DNA of 64,000 nt from Bacteroidales bacterium (GTDB lineage Bacteria; Bacteroidota; Bacteroidia; Bacteroidales; WCHB1-69): positions 691 through 64,690 of the forward strand of contig JAZLHE010000056.1 in assembly GCA_045616665.1 (NCBI GenBank). Reading direction: 5' to 3'. Below, one piece after another: positions 1 through 11,838 of this stretch (the stretch's first letter is position 1; every line of letters begins with the position of its first letter). The notes beneath the pieces are model-generated. The model was not told where the DNA came from. It made no database searches and saw only the letters and a program-made list of their open reading frames with translations. Both the position numbers and the translations under genes were made by a program.

Positions 1-3000
1 CTGAACCAGCTGGATCATCTGGCCAAACGCGTTGTAGATGGCGGCTTCCCTCACCAGCACATTGCTGTTGACTGTCAATTCAATATATTTATCTGCCGGA
101 TTTGGCATCAAATTAATGTTATTAGACAATTCAACATTGTCAATACCCACTTCTGGATTCGTGGTGAAAGTGGTGGTTGCAAAGTCGCTCTGGTTGTCGG
201 CTGAGCAAAGGGCCTTCACGCGGAAGTCGTATGTGCTGTTGGCCGTCAGGCCTTCGATGTTGTAGGTCGTCGTGGAAACGGTGGCTTCCTGCCACTGGCT
301 TGTGCTTTGGAGCTTGTAGCCAACCTTCCAGGAGGTTTCGCTGCCGCCGGCGGTCCAGATGGCAACGGCCGAGTTGGTCGTGATGCTGGCAACCTGAAGG
401 TTCGTTGGAGCATCGCAAACTTCTGGTACAGCACCACAATCTGTCGTGAAATCCAATAAGGTTGGAGACGAAATCGCAGACATATCGTTTTGGTTATACA
501 AGACTTCTCCTGAAGGAGCGATCAGGGCCAGAGAACATTCGCCGTCGTAGCCACCCAAAGTCCATTCAATGGTAGTAGGCGTATTGTCGCACAACATCAC
601 TCTGACGGTATCCACGGTAGTCGTACTGGACAAATCGTGGTCTTCTGCTTCTACAATGGCTACGGTGACACCGTTTTGCTTAACTGCGGCGTATGCTCCG
701 TTCCAACCGTCACCATAACTGTCCTTGCACACAAAACGATATTCGCATTGGTCGCTGAGCGAGCAAAGCGTTGTTGCAAAAACGACAGAATTAACGGCAT
801 AATCGCTGGTATCAATAGAACTACACAATGAGCGTACATATACTTCATATTCAGTGCTGGAAGTCAAACCAGTAAGTATGAACGGATTTGAAGTAGCCAA
901 CACCTGAGTACCCGTTCCTGGGGTGAAGTTAGGTTCGCCATATTCAATGATCCAGGAAGTAGCTTCTCCGCGTTCATTCCAAGAAATTTCAGCAGAAGTC
1001 ATATCAATATCATAAACAGAAACTTCATTAGGTCTCTTACAACTTGGAATTGGAGCAATCGTAACCTCATCCAAATACATTAAATTCGTACTTACATTAC
1101 AAGTCTTGAAGGCCACATATTTTCCATTGCCCGTATAATTATCCAAATCAACTTCAAAGAAATCAAATTCATCCGAAGAAGAATAAACGGTATCGACAGA
1201 AACAAAGGTGGTAATGTCATCAGGATTGGTCATCACACCGACAACCATTCCATTGGACGCAGCACTTGAACGGAAATAGAAAGAAACTTCCATCGTACTC
1301 AATTCCGCATCCAATTCCGGAGTAATCGCCATAGCGTAGGTAGAAGGTGAAGCATAGAAATAAAGTGCGCCCACATTGCCTGCACCTCCCATCGAGGTTA
1401 TATATGGGTAAGACGTTGTTGAGCTGTAATTAGAATGTCTGGTCCAACATTGTGGGAAGGCATTGGTACCGGTTCCATACGAATCGAAATTCTCAAAGAA
1501 AGGAATGGTTTCAACATCGCATTCGGTTCTGAAATCAACCATTGTCCATGTACTTACATCAGGATCGCAAACCGAACGCATTCTTACATTGTAAGGCGTG
1601 TTGGCAGTCAAAGCCGACAAGGTAACCAAGCCGTCGGTAGGATTGGGAACCGGAGTCCAAACGGAATCGGTAGCCACGGCATATTCCATTTCCCAAGCAG
1701 TTTCTTCATAACCGGGAACCCAAATCACGTCGGCAGTGGTCGTTGTGATATTATTCACCAACATATTCGGCGCGATACAAGTAACGGAGGCATCACAACT
1801 ACCACCAAAAATCACATTGTTACGTTCTGACAGATTGGTACCTGAAGATGGAGTCGAAGTAATACTATACGGAGAACTGTCTGTATAATTGTATCTGGCA
1901 AGTGTTCCTGAAGTAGTATGGGTGTACCAAGAATTACCAGAAACATAACTACCTGTTTCATCCACAAAAATCAGCATCAGGTTGTCAGTACCATTGTACA
2001 TAAAAGGAGTGTTAAATTCAAAGGTATTCCATCCCACTTGTAAATTAGGCGTACCATCATACATCAACTGGGCATTGCTTACGTTTTCCCAATTTGATAA
2101 AGCAGACAGGGTCGTATGGGTTAAATAAATCTTATAGTGTCTTTGTTGACCCAGGTTAGCCATTTGCAATGAAACGGAAGTGATCGCCGTAGAACCAGCC
2201 ATTTCTGAAGCCAGATAAATTTGTTGAGAATAACCGTAACGATAGAAACTATAAGAAGGAATATATGTATTGGTAGAGGTTCCATTGCCAATGGCAACTT
2301 CTCCACCTGCCAAACAACGAGTAGTAAATGAAATGGTATTCCATGCACTCTCGCTGGCATCTTCGCAATTGATTTTCACACGCACCATATAGGTTGTCAA
2401 TGGTTCAAGACCTGACAAGAAATAGGAGGTTGTCGTCAAATCATTCGTGATGGTGTTCCAAGCATCTGCTTCGTCATCAAATAATTCAATGGTATAGCTT
2501 GAAGCGGTTCCATAATGACCGTTTTGCCAAGAAATCAAGGCAGAAGCACCGGCAATATTACTTGCCGACAAATTAGAAACCGGTGAACATTCTGGCGTCA
2601 AATCCAAAACCATATCATCAATATAACCATAATTTTCGTCGTCAGAAGACACTTTCAAGGCAATATAACTTCCTGTTCCGGTATAAGTGTCAAAATACAC
2701 TTCTTTTTCCTGATACATCGTTCCAACCACTTCAACCGTTTGTACAGGTACAAAGCTCGTTTCGTCGGCAGGATCAGACATCAAACCCACTTCAATGATA
2801 AAAGGATAATCCGATGAATAGGCGCGAGCCATAAAGGATAATTGCAATGAGTTTATGGCCAATTCATTTTCATCAATTTCCGGAAGGATGGCGTATTGAT
2901 CGGCAGCCCAAGAATCGGTATAGAAATACAAACTATTGTTGCCAGAATGGGCAGCAGAAGCAGAATGCCAAACGGTGGGCAGACCTTCATACGAAGTGCT

Positions 3001-6000
3001 TTCATTGATTCTTGACCAGCAGTTAGGAAGAACATTTTCATATTCATCTGTTGATCCCACATAAGAATCAAAATTTTCGACGTATGGCAGACTATTCAAA
3101 GTCATTGCGGCACAACCTGTTCTAAATTCCTTACGCATCCAGGTGCTTTCGTCATCATCACAATCGGCTTGTACATAAATTTCATACAAGGTATTGGGTT
3201 GTAAGTCTGATAAAGCAACCGTATTTTCAGTAACTGGCGTTGCGGGATCCGTTTCCGGATCAATAGTTCCGGCAATACCATATACGTAATTCCACTGTGT
3301 TTCTTCCCCACCCTGTGTCCAAGTTACATCAGCGGTCGTAGCCGTAACATTATTGACTTGGATATTGGAAATGTGAGGACAAGACGGAATATAATCAACG
3401 TAAAGATCATCAATAAAGATATTGTTGGCATTCCATTGAGGCACGCGCAAAGCCACATAACGACCCTCGCCGTCATAATTTGAAGTAAACACTTCGCCCA
3501 ATTCCCAAACATCTATCATAGAAGGCATAAATTGACCTACTTTCGTAAAGCTATTCACGTCGTTAGGATCAGACATAACGCCCACTTCAATCAAATGACC
3601 TTGTGTTGCAACGTATGCGTAAAATTGAATCATCAAATTGTCCATATCAACGGCATCATCCAGACGTGAAGTGATGGCATACGCATAATTTCCACTTGAA
3701 GGACAATTGAAGTACAATGATTTTGAACCAGAATAAGACTGAGTTGAACTAATGTATGGAGAAGCTGTTGTTCCGCTATATAGACGTTGCCAACAATCCA
3801 CAAAGTCAGAAGTACTCCCTTCAAAATCTTCATCAATAGGAAGTTCTACGCTTTCGCAAGGAATAAAGGCCGTAACGGTAGCCCATTCGCTGTTTTCATC
3901 CGTACAGATGGCCTGCAGCCTGATTTCATAGTTCTCGTTAGATAGCAAACCGCTAATCGTATAAGGAGAAGAGGTGACCACTTCGGCATCCCAATCGGTA
4001 GTGCCAATCACTCTGTATTCAAGATTCCATTCGCTTTCTTCGCCATTGGCTTCCCAGGCAATCGTAGCACTTTCACTTGTCGTTTCGCTAATATACAAAT
4101 AAGGAGCTGGGCAAGCCACCGGAACGATTTGGTCGCAGCAGTAGAACTTGACATTGTTACGGTTGTGGCTTAACGTTCCAGAGGGAGGATTCACAGGATC
4201 AGGATTTGTACCATCACTATTATAATATAATGATTTATTATCTGTATTGGTATGGGCATTAAATACGTATGAAGAGCCATTATAGCTACCCGAATTATCA
4301 TCCACAATCACCACCAAGTTGTCATTGCCATTATAATTGAAATAATTGGTCAAGTCAAATTTATTCCAACCCTGAGAACAGTTGAGCGCACCTTCGTAAA
4401 CCAAAGTGGCATCGGCAATAGGAGTCCAGTCGGAGTTAGAGGCAAATACGTCGGAAGAACGATGAGCCAAATAAATCTTCACATTATTTTTGCTGGTCAT
4501 TGAGGAAGAATGCGCATAATTGAAAGCGATAGCCGTAATCACAGTTGGTGTATGGTTTGCACTGATTTCATCGGCTTTGTAAATCTGCTGAGTATAACTA
4601 TAATTAAAGAAATTGTTGACAGGAATGCTATAAGTAGTGGTCGCATTAGTACCGGAAATTTCACGGCCTACAGTGTCTATTTGCGAACATTCAATATACA
4701 GTTCTGTCGTGAAATTGGCGGTCAACGTGTCGGCTTCACCTTCAATGCAATTCGAGAACAGCATCACTTCGTATTCTGTTCCTTGGGTCAAACCTGACAA
4801 TCTATAGTCGGTGGCCTGCACCTCAACGGATGTCATTTCGCCTTCGGGTTCACCATAGATCAAAGTATAGCTTTCCACACCGTATGAAGCCGCATCCCAA
4901 GTCAGATGGGCGGAAGTTCCAGAAATTTCAGATACTGCCAAATTCGCAGGAGCCGAACAAGTTGGCGCTTCATCGACTTTAACCTTAGAAATTACCACAT
5001 AATTTTCACCATTGCCAACAGGAGCGTAAAAAGCCAAATAAATCGGCTCGGTATAGGTTTCCGTCAGCAAGATGGATTTTTCTTCAAAACTACCAACGAC
5101 ACTATAATCATTGGGATATAAAGATTTGAGAACCGTCAAGGTATTGATGTCTTCGGGATCGGTCATCACGCCTACATCCATTCTACCGTAATTTGCAGCG
5201 GTGATGCCTGCCCAGAAACTCAAAGACAAACTGCCGCCTTGGAATGCAGACAAATCCAATGCCTGAGAAACTGCCAAGGAATAATATTGTGAATTAGAAT
5301 AAAACACCATTTGTCCCAATGTCGCACTGGCAGTCGAAATGTACGGGTAATGCGTGGTGGGGTTATTGGTAAGGCGACTCCAACAATAAGGGAAAGCCGT
5401 CTGACCAGTACCATAATCAGTAAAATTATCAATATAGGGAATACCTACGTGCATAGAAACGCAGCGTGTTCTAAAGCTACTTAGCAACCACTCGCTTTGT
5501 TCTGAAGGAGAACAAACCGTGCGAACATATACATCATAAGCCTGATTTTCCATCAAATTCCCCACATTGACAAATGTATCGGTAACCGTATATGAAGTCC
5601 CACTTTCAACGGGTTCGCCTTGCAAGGTCACCACAACTTCCCATTGATAATCTTCAGGACTGTGGGCAGTCCAGCTCACGGTCGCATCCTCGCCGGTAAT
5701 ATTGGAAACATTCACTAAGCTTGGTTTGTAGCAAGTGGGAGCAGGTCCAAAACAAAACTGCATATTATTACGATAACTGGAAAGCGTTCCCGAGCCCAAA
5801 GCCGTGATATCGTATGCACCAGCATCTTGATAAACATAGAGTACTTTATTTCCCGTTGTGCTATGGGTATAAAAACGAGGATCTGAATTAGCGTATGAAC
5901 CCTGATTATTAAGAATGGCTACTACGACATTACTTTGGCCATCCCATTCAAAATCATTGTCAAATTCAATCGTAACCTTATTGGAATCGGCATTAGAACA

Positions 6001-7128
6001 AGCCACCGCACCGTGGAACACCTCGGTTAACGCGGAAGCGGGAACCCAAGCTGAAGCTGAAGCGAAAGTCGCATTGGCCACATTAGCCATATACACCGTA
6101 ATGTCATTCATAACAATCGGTGTGTCATAGAAATAATTGAAAGTAAGCGATTTAATCGTTCCTTCTGTAGCACCCAATTCATCGGGAGCAAACAATTGCT
6201 GAACGTATGAATAATTATAATATGTATTAAAAGGTATTTCATCAGTAGTTCCCGTACCATTCCCAATCATAGGAGCACAGTTCGGCTGTTCCGGGGTTGT
6301 AATGCAAACCTGATCGGAATTCATTGTGGTAGAGGTACATACCGACTGGATTTCATAACAATAGGGAGACAACGGAGAAACCGTATTATCCACATAAGTA
6401 ATGGTACTTGCTGAAAGCAGCGATTCATTTATTTGAACGCCATCACGTAATACATTGAATCCTGTTAACTCTGGAAGAGTTATTTGCAGACAAGCGTCAA
6501 TCATCCAGCCATAGCCAGGAACACCTGCATCAGAAAGATTGTCCCATTCTCCTCCCGATTCAACAAGATCGTTCAGATTCATCATCTCCACATCACTGGC
6601 AGCTGCGGGATATGCCGTTGTTGTGGCAGCAGCCACTTCATAACCAATCCATATTTCTTCCGTAGCGTCAATTTGAATCGGATTGGGCAACATAACAGTA
6701 TTAGGCGTGTTAGCCACTAATGTACTTACATTTACCGGAACCGTAGCCACCAATGTGCCGGGATTCAGCACCCCACCATCAAAACTGCCGCCAGTCCAGA
6801 TTTTTACAGATACAGAACTTACTGCAACATCATACAGCGTAAAACTGACTTTGGTTAAATACAAATTTTCGTGTTCACTCAAACTGGACACGGGATAGCG
6901 AACCGCCACGGTAAAAGGAGTGGTAGAACTCACACCGATACCTGAAGCCAAACTTCCGCCATAAGACAAGGTTGCATCACAAGATTCTTGCGATTGCGGA
7001 GATGTCCAGGAAAGATTCACGTGATTCCAACGTGCATTGGCCTGCACATTGGTAGGGGCATCGCATTGAGCAAACACCGCCGTCAAAGTCAGGACACATA
7101 AACTGAAAAGAAGTAGAATTTTTTTCAT
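1..7128 (-). CDS. Giant modular cell-surface protein, probably T9SS-secreted (C-terminal end runs off the window)
   Basis: Absent from the supplied ORF track because there is no in-window stop. A reverse-strand ATG at 7128-7126 opens a frame I translated by hand to position 1 without a stop (7128 nt = 2376 codons). The N-terminus MKKILLLFSLCVLTLTAVFAQ is a signal peptide. There are at least nine Cys-initiated FN3-like modules (e.g. CSAPANLAVSEISGTSAHLTW) and four 'PYxENFD...CW(S/T)R' choice-of-anchor-J-like modules. A ~190-aa 'GNGT..IP..YNYSY.QQ' module occurs three times, and there is one Cys-bounded module with SYGDGWNG. The last in-window residues, NLMPNPADKYIELTVNSN..IYNAFGQMI, resemble a T9SS C-terminal sorting domain. 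Confidence 0.85.
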   Translation of the reverse strand, partial: MKKILLLFSLCVLTLTAVFAQCDAPTNVQANARWNHVNLSWTSPQSQESCDATLSYGGSLASGIGVSSTTPFTVAVRYPVSSLSEHENLYLTKVSFTLYDVAVSSVSVKIWTGGSFDGGVLNPGTLVATVPVNVSTLVANTPNTVMLPNPIQIDATEEIWIGYEVAAATTTAYPAAASDVEMMNLNDLVESGGEWDNLSDAGVPGYGWMIDACLQITLPELTGFNVLRDGVQINESLLSASTITYVDNTVSPLSPYCYEIQSVCTSTTMNSDQVCITTPEQPNCAPMIGNGTGTTDEIPFNTYYNYSYVQQLFAPDELGATEGTIKSLTFNYFYDTPIVMNDITVYMANVANATFASASAWVPASALTEVFHGAVACSNADSNKVTIEFDNDFEWDGQSNVVVAILNNQGSYANSDPRFYTHSTTGNKVLYVYQDAGAYDITALGSGTLSSYRNNMQFCFGPAPTCYKPSLVNVSNITGEDATVSWTAHSPEDYQWEVVVTLQGEPVESGTSYTVTDTFVNVGNLMENQAYDVYVRTVCSPSEQSEWLLSSFRTRCVSMHVGIPYIDNFTDYGTGQTAFPYCWSRLTNNPTTHYPYISTASATLGQMVFYSNSQYYSLAVSQALDLSAFQGGSLSLSFWAGITAANYGRMDVGVMTDPEDINTLTVLKSLYPNDYSVVGSFEEKSILLTETYTEPIYLAFYAPVGNGENYVVISKVKVDEAPTCSAPANLAVSEISGTSAHLTWDAASYGVESYTLIYGEPEGEMTSVEVQATDYRLSGLTQGTEYEVMLFSNCIEGEADTLTANFTTELYIECSQIDTVGREISGTNATTTYSIPVNNFFNYSYTQQIYKADEISANHTPTVITAIAFNYAHSSSMTSKNNVKIYLAHRSSDVFASNSDWTPIADATLVYEGALNCSQGWNKFDLTNYFNYNGNDNLVVIVDDNSGSYNGSSYVFNAHTNTDNKSLYYNSDGTNPDPVNPPSGTLSHNRNNVKFYCCDQIVPVACPAPYLYISETTSESATIAWEANGEESEWNLEYRVIGTTDWDAEVVTSSPYTISGLLSNENYEIRLQAICTDENSEWATVTAFIPCESVELPIDEDFEGSTSDFVDCWQRLYSGTTASPYISSTQSYSGSKSLYFNCPSSGNYAYAITSRLDDAVDMDNLMIQFYAYVATQGHLIEVGVMSDPNDVNSFTKVGQFMPSMIDVWELGEVFTSNYDGEGRYVALRVPQWNANNIFIDDLYVDYIPSCPHISNIQVNNVTATTADVTWTQGGEETQWNYVYGIAGTIDPETDPATPVTENTVALSDLQPNTLYEIYVQADCDDDESTWMRKEFRTGCAAMTLNSLPYVENFDSYVGSTDEYENVLPNCWSRINESTSYEGLPTVWHSASAAHSGNNSLYFYTDSWAADQYAILPEIDENELAINSLQLSFMARAYSSDYPFIIEVGLMSDPADETSFVPVQTVEVVGTMYQEKEVYFDTYTGTGSYIALKVSSDDENYGYIDDMVLDLTPECSPVSNLSASNIAGASALISWQNGHYGTASSYTIELFDDEADAWNTITNDLTTTSYFLSGLEPLTTYMVRVKINCEDASESAWNTISFTTRCLAGGEVAIGNGTSTNTYIPSYSFYRYGYSQQIYLASEMAGSTAITSVSLQMANLGQQRHYKIYLTHTTLSALSNWENVSNAQLMYDGTPNLQVGWNTFEFNTPFMYNGTDNLMLIFVDETGSYVSGNSWYTHTTSGTLARYNYTDSSPYSITSTPSSGTNLSERNNVIFGGSCDASVTCIAPNMLVNNITTTTADVIWVPGYEETAWEMEYAVATDSVWTPVPNPTDGLVTLSALTANTPYNVRMRSVCDPDVSTWTMVDFRTECDVETIPFFENFDSYGTGTNAFPQCWTRHSNYSSTTSYPYITSMGGAGNVGALYFYASPSTYAMAITPELDAELSTMEVSFYFRSSAASNGMVVGVMTNPDDITTFVSVDTVYSSSDEFDFFEVDLDNYTGNGKYVAFKTCNVSTNLMYLDEVTIAPIPSCKRPNEVSVYDIDMTSAEISWNERGEATSWIIEYGEPNFTPGTGTQVLATSNPFILTGLTSSTEYEVYVRSLCSSIDTSDYAVNSVVFATTLCSLSDQCEYRFVCKDSYGDGWNGAYAAVKQNGVTVAIVEAEDHDLSSTTTVDTVRVMLCDNTPTTIEWTLGGYDGECSLALIAPSGEVLYNQNDMSAISSPTLLDFTTDCGAVPEVCDAPTNLQVASITTNSAVAIWTAGGSETSWKVGYKLQSTSQWQEATVSTTTYNIEGLTANSTYDFRVKALCSADNQSDFATTTFTTNPEVGIDNVELSNNINLMPNPADKYIELTVNSNVLVREAAIYNAFGQMIQLVQ

Positions 7129-7269
7129 AAATTTGTGTTTTTGTTTATAATTTATTGAATACCAATATTTTACAACCGCTATTTAACATTTTCAAAATTG
7201 ATTGCACAAAGTTATAAAAAAATTTTTTTTGTTGTACACTTTTTTTTTATTTTTTTATTTTAAAACATA

Positions 7270-7360
7270 ATTATTGCTTTAGGTCTTGTAAGGAAATTCC
7301 GTTCTCCGCTTTGCGTCAGCGGAATGGAGGTATTTCAACAAGACTAAACGGGATAATCCC
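7270..7360. repeat. Short copy of a MITE-like palindromic intergenic repeat family
   Basis: The ends aattattgctttaggtcttgt / acaagactaaacgggataatccc are imperfect inverted repeats. The inner palindrome is attccg...cggaat. The same termini and core recur at 28704-28973, 42293-42495 and 44778-44978. Confidence 0.6.
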
Positions 7361-7402
7361 AAAATAAATATTTAAACGAATCCATTTTCAAAAAAATATT
7401 AT

Positions 7403-7410
7403 TATTTTTG
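7403..7410 (+). promoter_or_regulatory. Bacteroidota -7 promoter box (TAnnTTTG) for gap
   Basis: tatttttg lies 48 nt upstream of the gap ATG in an AT-rich intergenic region. Confidence 0.5.
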
Positions 7411-7445
7411 CACATCAATAAAGTTTATGAATATCAAAATAATAA

Positions 7446-8459
<1,014 letters not shown>

Positions 8460-8465
8460 TTGACA

Positions 8466-10976
8466 ATGCGTACTTACTTTGCCGACGTTTTACTACCCCT
8501 ACCCTTACCAAGGCTTTTTACCTATCGTGTCCCTCAAGAATTAAATGACAGTGTCACTTGGGGAATACGGGTGGTTGTTCCTTTCGGCAAAAGCAAGATA
8601 TACTCCGGCTTGGTGCTAAACGTCCACGAAAACGCACCCCAGCAAGTCAATATTAAATACATATTAGAGGTCATTGACAATCAATCCATCGTCTCAAAAC
8701 AGCAAATTGCCTTGTGGCAATGGATTTCCAAATACTATATGTGCGGGCTCGGAGAGGTGATGGCCGCCGCCTTCCCCTCCGCCCTTAAACTCGCCAGCGA
8801 AACCAAAATCCAACTCAGTCCAACATTCGACGGAGACTTGTCCATCTTGAATGACAAAGAACTCAAACTGGTAGAAGCCCTGTCTTATCACCCCATCATG
8901 ACCATTGATGAAGTATCAAAAACAATTGATATTCAAAAAGTTATACCTATCATCAAGTCATTGGTGGAAAAAGACATCATCATCACGGATGAGGAAATCC
9001 GAGATTCATATAAACCCAAAACCGAATCCTTCATCAGTCTGGCAGAACCATATTGCAACGATGAAGCTACGGTAATGTCTTTGCTGGACAGTTTGGGAGC
9101 TTCTAAAAAAACCGCCAAACAGCAAGATGTGCTGCTTGCTTTTTTAATGCAGACGAAATCCAACGATAACACTGCAAAATTCAATCTGAAAGCAAGCGTA
9201 AAAAAATCGGATTTGGTGAAAAACACCGACATTTCACAGGCACGGCTGCAAACTTTGATTGACAAGCATATTTTCATACAAGAAAATATCGTCACCAGCC
9301 GATTAAAATCCTTTGATTCGCAGGCAAGCCCTGCCGATATACAACTGTCTTCGCCACAAGAGACAGCGATGAAAGAGATTCTGCATCAATTTCAAGACCA
9401 CGAAACGGTATTACTGCACGGCATCACGGGAAGCGGCAAGACAGAAATCTATATCAAACTAATTGACAAAGTTTTATCGGAAGGAAAACAAGTTCTGTAT
9501 CTGCTTCCGGAAATTGCCTTGACCTCACAAATTGTCAATCGTTTACGCAAATTTTTTGGTGACAAAGTGGGAGTTTATCACTCTCGTTTCAATGAATATG
9601 AACGCGTGGAAATTTGGAATCGCGTGTTAAGTCAAGGCGACACCCAAAACCTCAGCGACAAATACCAACTGATTTTGGGTGCCCGATCCGCTTTACTGTT
9701 GCCCTATAACAATTTAGGCTTGATCATTGTTGATGAGGAACACGACGGTTCCTATAAGCAAGCGGATCCGGCTCCTCGCTATCACGCCCGCGACTGTTCC
9801 GTTGTCTTAGGAAAATTGCATCAGTGCAAAGTCTTGCTCGGAACCGCCACTCCCTCTATTGAAAGTTACTACAACGCGCAACAGGGCAAATACGGCTTAG
9901 TCAATCTCACACAGCGCTTTGCGCAAAGCACCTTGCCCGAAATTTGGGTGGTTGACATTCCTAAAAGCAACCGCCAAAAAAAGATGAACGGACATTTTTC
10001 GCAGTTTCTCATCGACCAAATGACGGAGGCCTTAGCCAAACACGAACAAATAATCCTGTTTCAAAATCGTCGCGGTTATTCCCTTAGAATGTACTGCAAC
10101 ACCTGTCAAAGTATGCCTACCTGCATTCATTGCGACGTTTCGCTTACTTACCACAAACACAGCAATTTGCTCAAGTGCCACTACTGCGGCTATGCCATTC
10201 CCGTCCCCGCGACCTGCCCCCAATGCAACAGCACGGACATTGAAATGCGGGGATTCGGCACCGAAAAAATAGAGGATTCCTTGGCAGAATTATTTCCTGA
10301 CAGCGTCATTGCCCGAATGGACCTGGACACCACCCGATCAAAAAACGCATATCAAAAAATCATTTCTGATTTTGAAGCACATAAAACCGACATTTTAGTC
10401 GGCACCCAAATGGTAACCAAAGGATTAGATTTCGACCGCGTGAGTGTGGTGGGCATCCTTAATGCGGACAATCTGCTGTCCTACCCTGAATTTAGAGCAT
10501 TTGAAAAAGCGTTTCAAATTATGTCGCAAGTGAGTGGCCGTGCCGGCAGAAAAGAAATTCCGGGAAAAGTTATCATTCAAACCTACCAACCCAACCATCC
10601 GGCCCTGAATTATGTGGTCAGCAACGACTACTATAGTATGTACACGCAGCAAATTAATGAGCGAAAGCAATTTAACTTTCCTCCCTTCTGCCGTCTCGTC
10701 AAAATCACATTGAAAAATGCCAACAGCGATCTTGTCAACGAAGCCGCATCAGCATTGACACCTTTACTAAGAACGGCTTTCCCCCAACGTGTTTTAGGTC
10801 CTGAATGGCCATTGGTTTCTAAAATTCAAAATTATTACCTCAAAGATTTCTGGATTAAGTTGAACAAAGATAATCAATTGGAAAACAACAAGTTAACACT
10901 CTATAAAATTCTTCAGGAATTTCAAGAAAATTACCAGTTCAAAAGCGTGCGGCTGGTCGTCAACGTTGATGCCTAA
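8466..10976 (+). CDS. priA: Primosomal replication restart helicase PriA
   Basis: Walker A GITGSGKTE, DEEH box (IIVDEEHD) and a Cys-rich zinc module CNTCQ..CIHCD..CHYCG..CPQCNS. The track starts at TTG 8460; ATG 8466 (MRTYFADVLLPLPL..) fits the usual PriA N-terminus better. Confidence 0.93.
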   Translation: MRTYFADVLLPLPLPRLFTYRVPQELNDSVTWGIRVVVPFGKSKIYSGLVLNVHENAPQQVNIKYILEVIDNQSIVSKQQIALWQWISKYYMCGLGEVMAAAFPSALKLASETKIQLSPTFDGDLSILNDKELKLVEALSYHPIMTIDEVSKTIDIQKVIPIIKSLVEKDIIITDEEIRDSYKPKTESFISLAEPYCNDEATVMSLLDSLGASKKTAKQQDVLLAFLMQTKSNDNTAKFNLKASVKKSDLVKNTDISQARLQTLIDKHIFIQENIVTSRLKSFDSQASPADIQLSSPQETAMKEILHQFQDHETVLLHGITGSGKTEIYIKLIDKVLSEGKQVLYLLPEIALTSQIVNRLRKFFGDKVGVYHSRFNEYERVEIWNRVLSQGDTQNLSDKYQLILGARSALLLPYNNLGLIIVDEEHDGSYKQADPAPRYHARDCSVVLGKLHQCKVLLGTATPSIESYYNAQQGKYGLVNLTQRFAQSTLPEIWVVDIPKSNRQKKMNGHFSQFLIDQMTEALAKHEQIILFQNRRGYSLRMYCNTCQSMPTCIHCDVSLTYHKHSNLLKCHYCGYAIPVPATCPQCNSTDIEMRGFGTEKIEDSLAELFPDSVIARMDLDTTRSKNAYQKIISDFEAHKTDILVGTQMVTKGLDFDRVSVVGILNADNLLSYPEFRAFEKAFQIMSQVSGRAGRKEIPGKVIIQTYQPNHPALNYVVSNDYYSMYTQQINERKQFNFPPFCRLVKITLKNANSDLVNEAASALTPLLRTAFPQRVLGPEWPLVSKIQNYYLKDFWIKLNKDNQLENNKLTLYKILQEFQENYQFKSVRLVVNVDA

Positions 10977-10978
10977 TA

Positions 10979-11836
10979 CTACATTAACGGGATGTGTCCT
11001 TTGAGTTTATTTTCCTTGATCACTTCTTTCACCTTATTCATCGTGGTTTTAGAAAAAAATGCCTCGCTTAATTTTTCGCTAATGTAAGTCACTGCCGAAG
11101 CGGAAGGATGGCAAAGATCATCGGCGTAAAAACGATAATCCCTTAAATCATCCTGCAAAATTTCATACGAGGGGAAATAAAATCTGCTTTCATCATCAAC
11201 AAGCTGATTTACTGACAGATGTAATATCGATTTACTGATTTGACTGGCGTGAAATCCGTCGCCTAAATGCCGCACCGGACTAACGGTAAATATTATTTTC
11301 AATTGAGGATTGAAATCTTTCAATTCTTGAAATAAATCTCGATAAAGCACTACAATCTGCTCGATAGACAAACAAATTTTCTCAAAACGGGAAGCGAGAA
11401 TTTTATGGCAATTCGCCACAATCATATCACGTTCAATCAAGCGATAACAATAGGCTGTTCCGAAAGTCAGAAACAAGAAATCCGCCTGCCTCAATGCCTC
11501 GTGAGCCTGGTGCAATCCTTCGTGTATCTGACGTAAAAAATTATCTTTATTGACATTGGAGAAATGACCGTGGTGAGCATAACTGATCCATTTTTCATTG
11601 ACAAAATCAATATATTTTTCACCGAATAAATCAGGATTGATGCTCATTTCCAAAGCATTGGCGATAGAAACTGGATTAAACAGCGTTCCAAAAGGATTGG
11701 AACAACAAGTAAAATTCAAGTTTTGGAAAAACTGCCCAATATGATCTGAAAAACACGAACCCAACAACATCAACTTATGATTATAATTGATGTCGAACGG
11801 ATATTTAGGAGTTGGTATTTCGGTTCTGAAATTCAT
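10979..11836 (-). CDS. GSCFA-family protein (function unknown)
   Basis: 285 aa with the family-defining N-terminal motif LLGSCFS. Tail-to-tail with priA and immediately downstream of the helicase gene. Confidence 0.6.
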   Translation of the reverse strand: MNFRTEIPTPKYPFDINYNHKLMLLGSCFSDHIGQFFQNLNFTCCSNPFGTLFNPVSIANALEMSINPDLFGEKYIDFVNEKWISYAHHGHFSNVNKDNFLRQIHEGLHQAHEALRQADFLFLTFGTAYCYRLIERDMIVANCHKILASRFEKICLSIEQIVVLYRDLFQELKDFNPQLKIIFTVSPVRHLGDGFHASQISKSILHLSVNQLVDDESRFYFPSYEILQDDLRDYRFYADDLCHPSASAVTYISEKLSEAFFSKTTMNKVKEVIKENKLKGHIPLM

Positions 11837-11838
11837 AT

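Noticed and set aside
38-6898. About 25 short track ORFs (60-131 aa) on both strands across the first 7 kb
   Set aside because: They all lie inside, out of frame with, or antisense to the single 7128-nt minus-strand reading frame. That frame has coherent domain structure from signal peptide to sorting domain.
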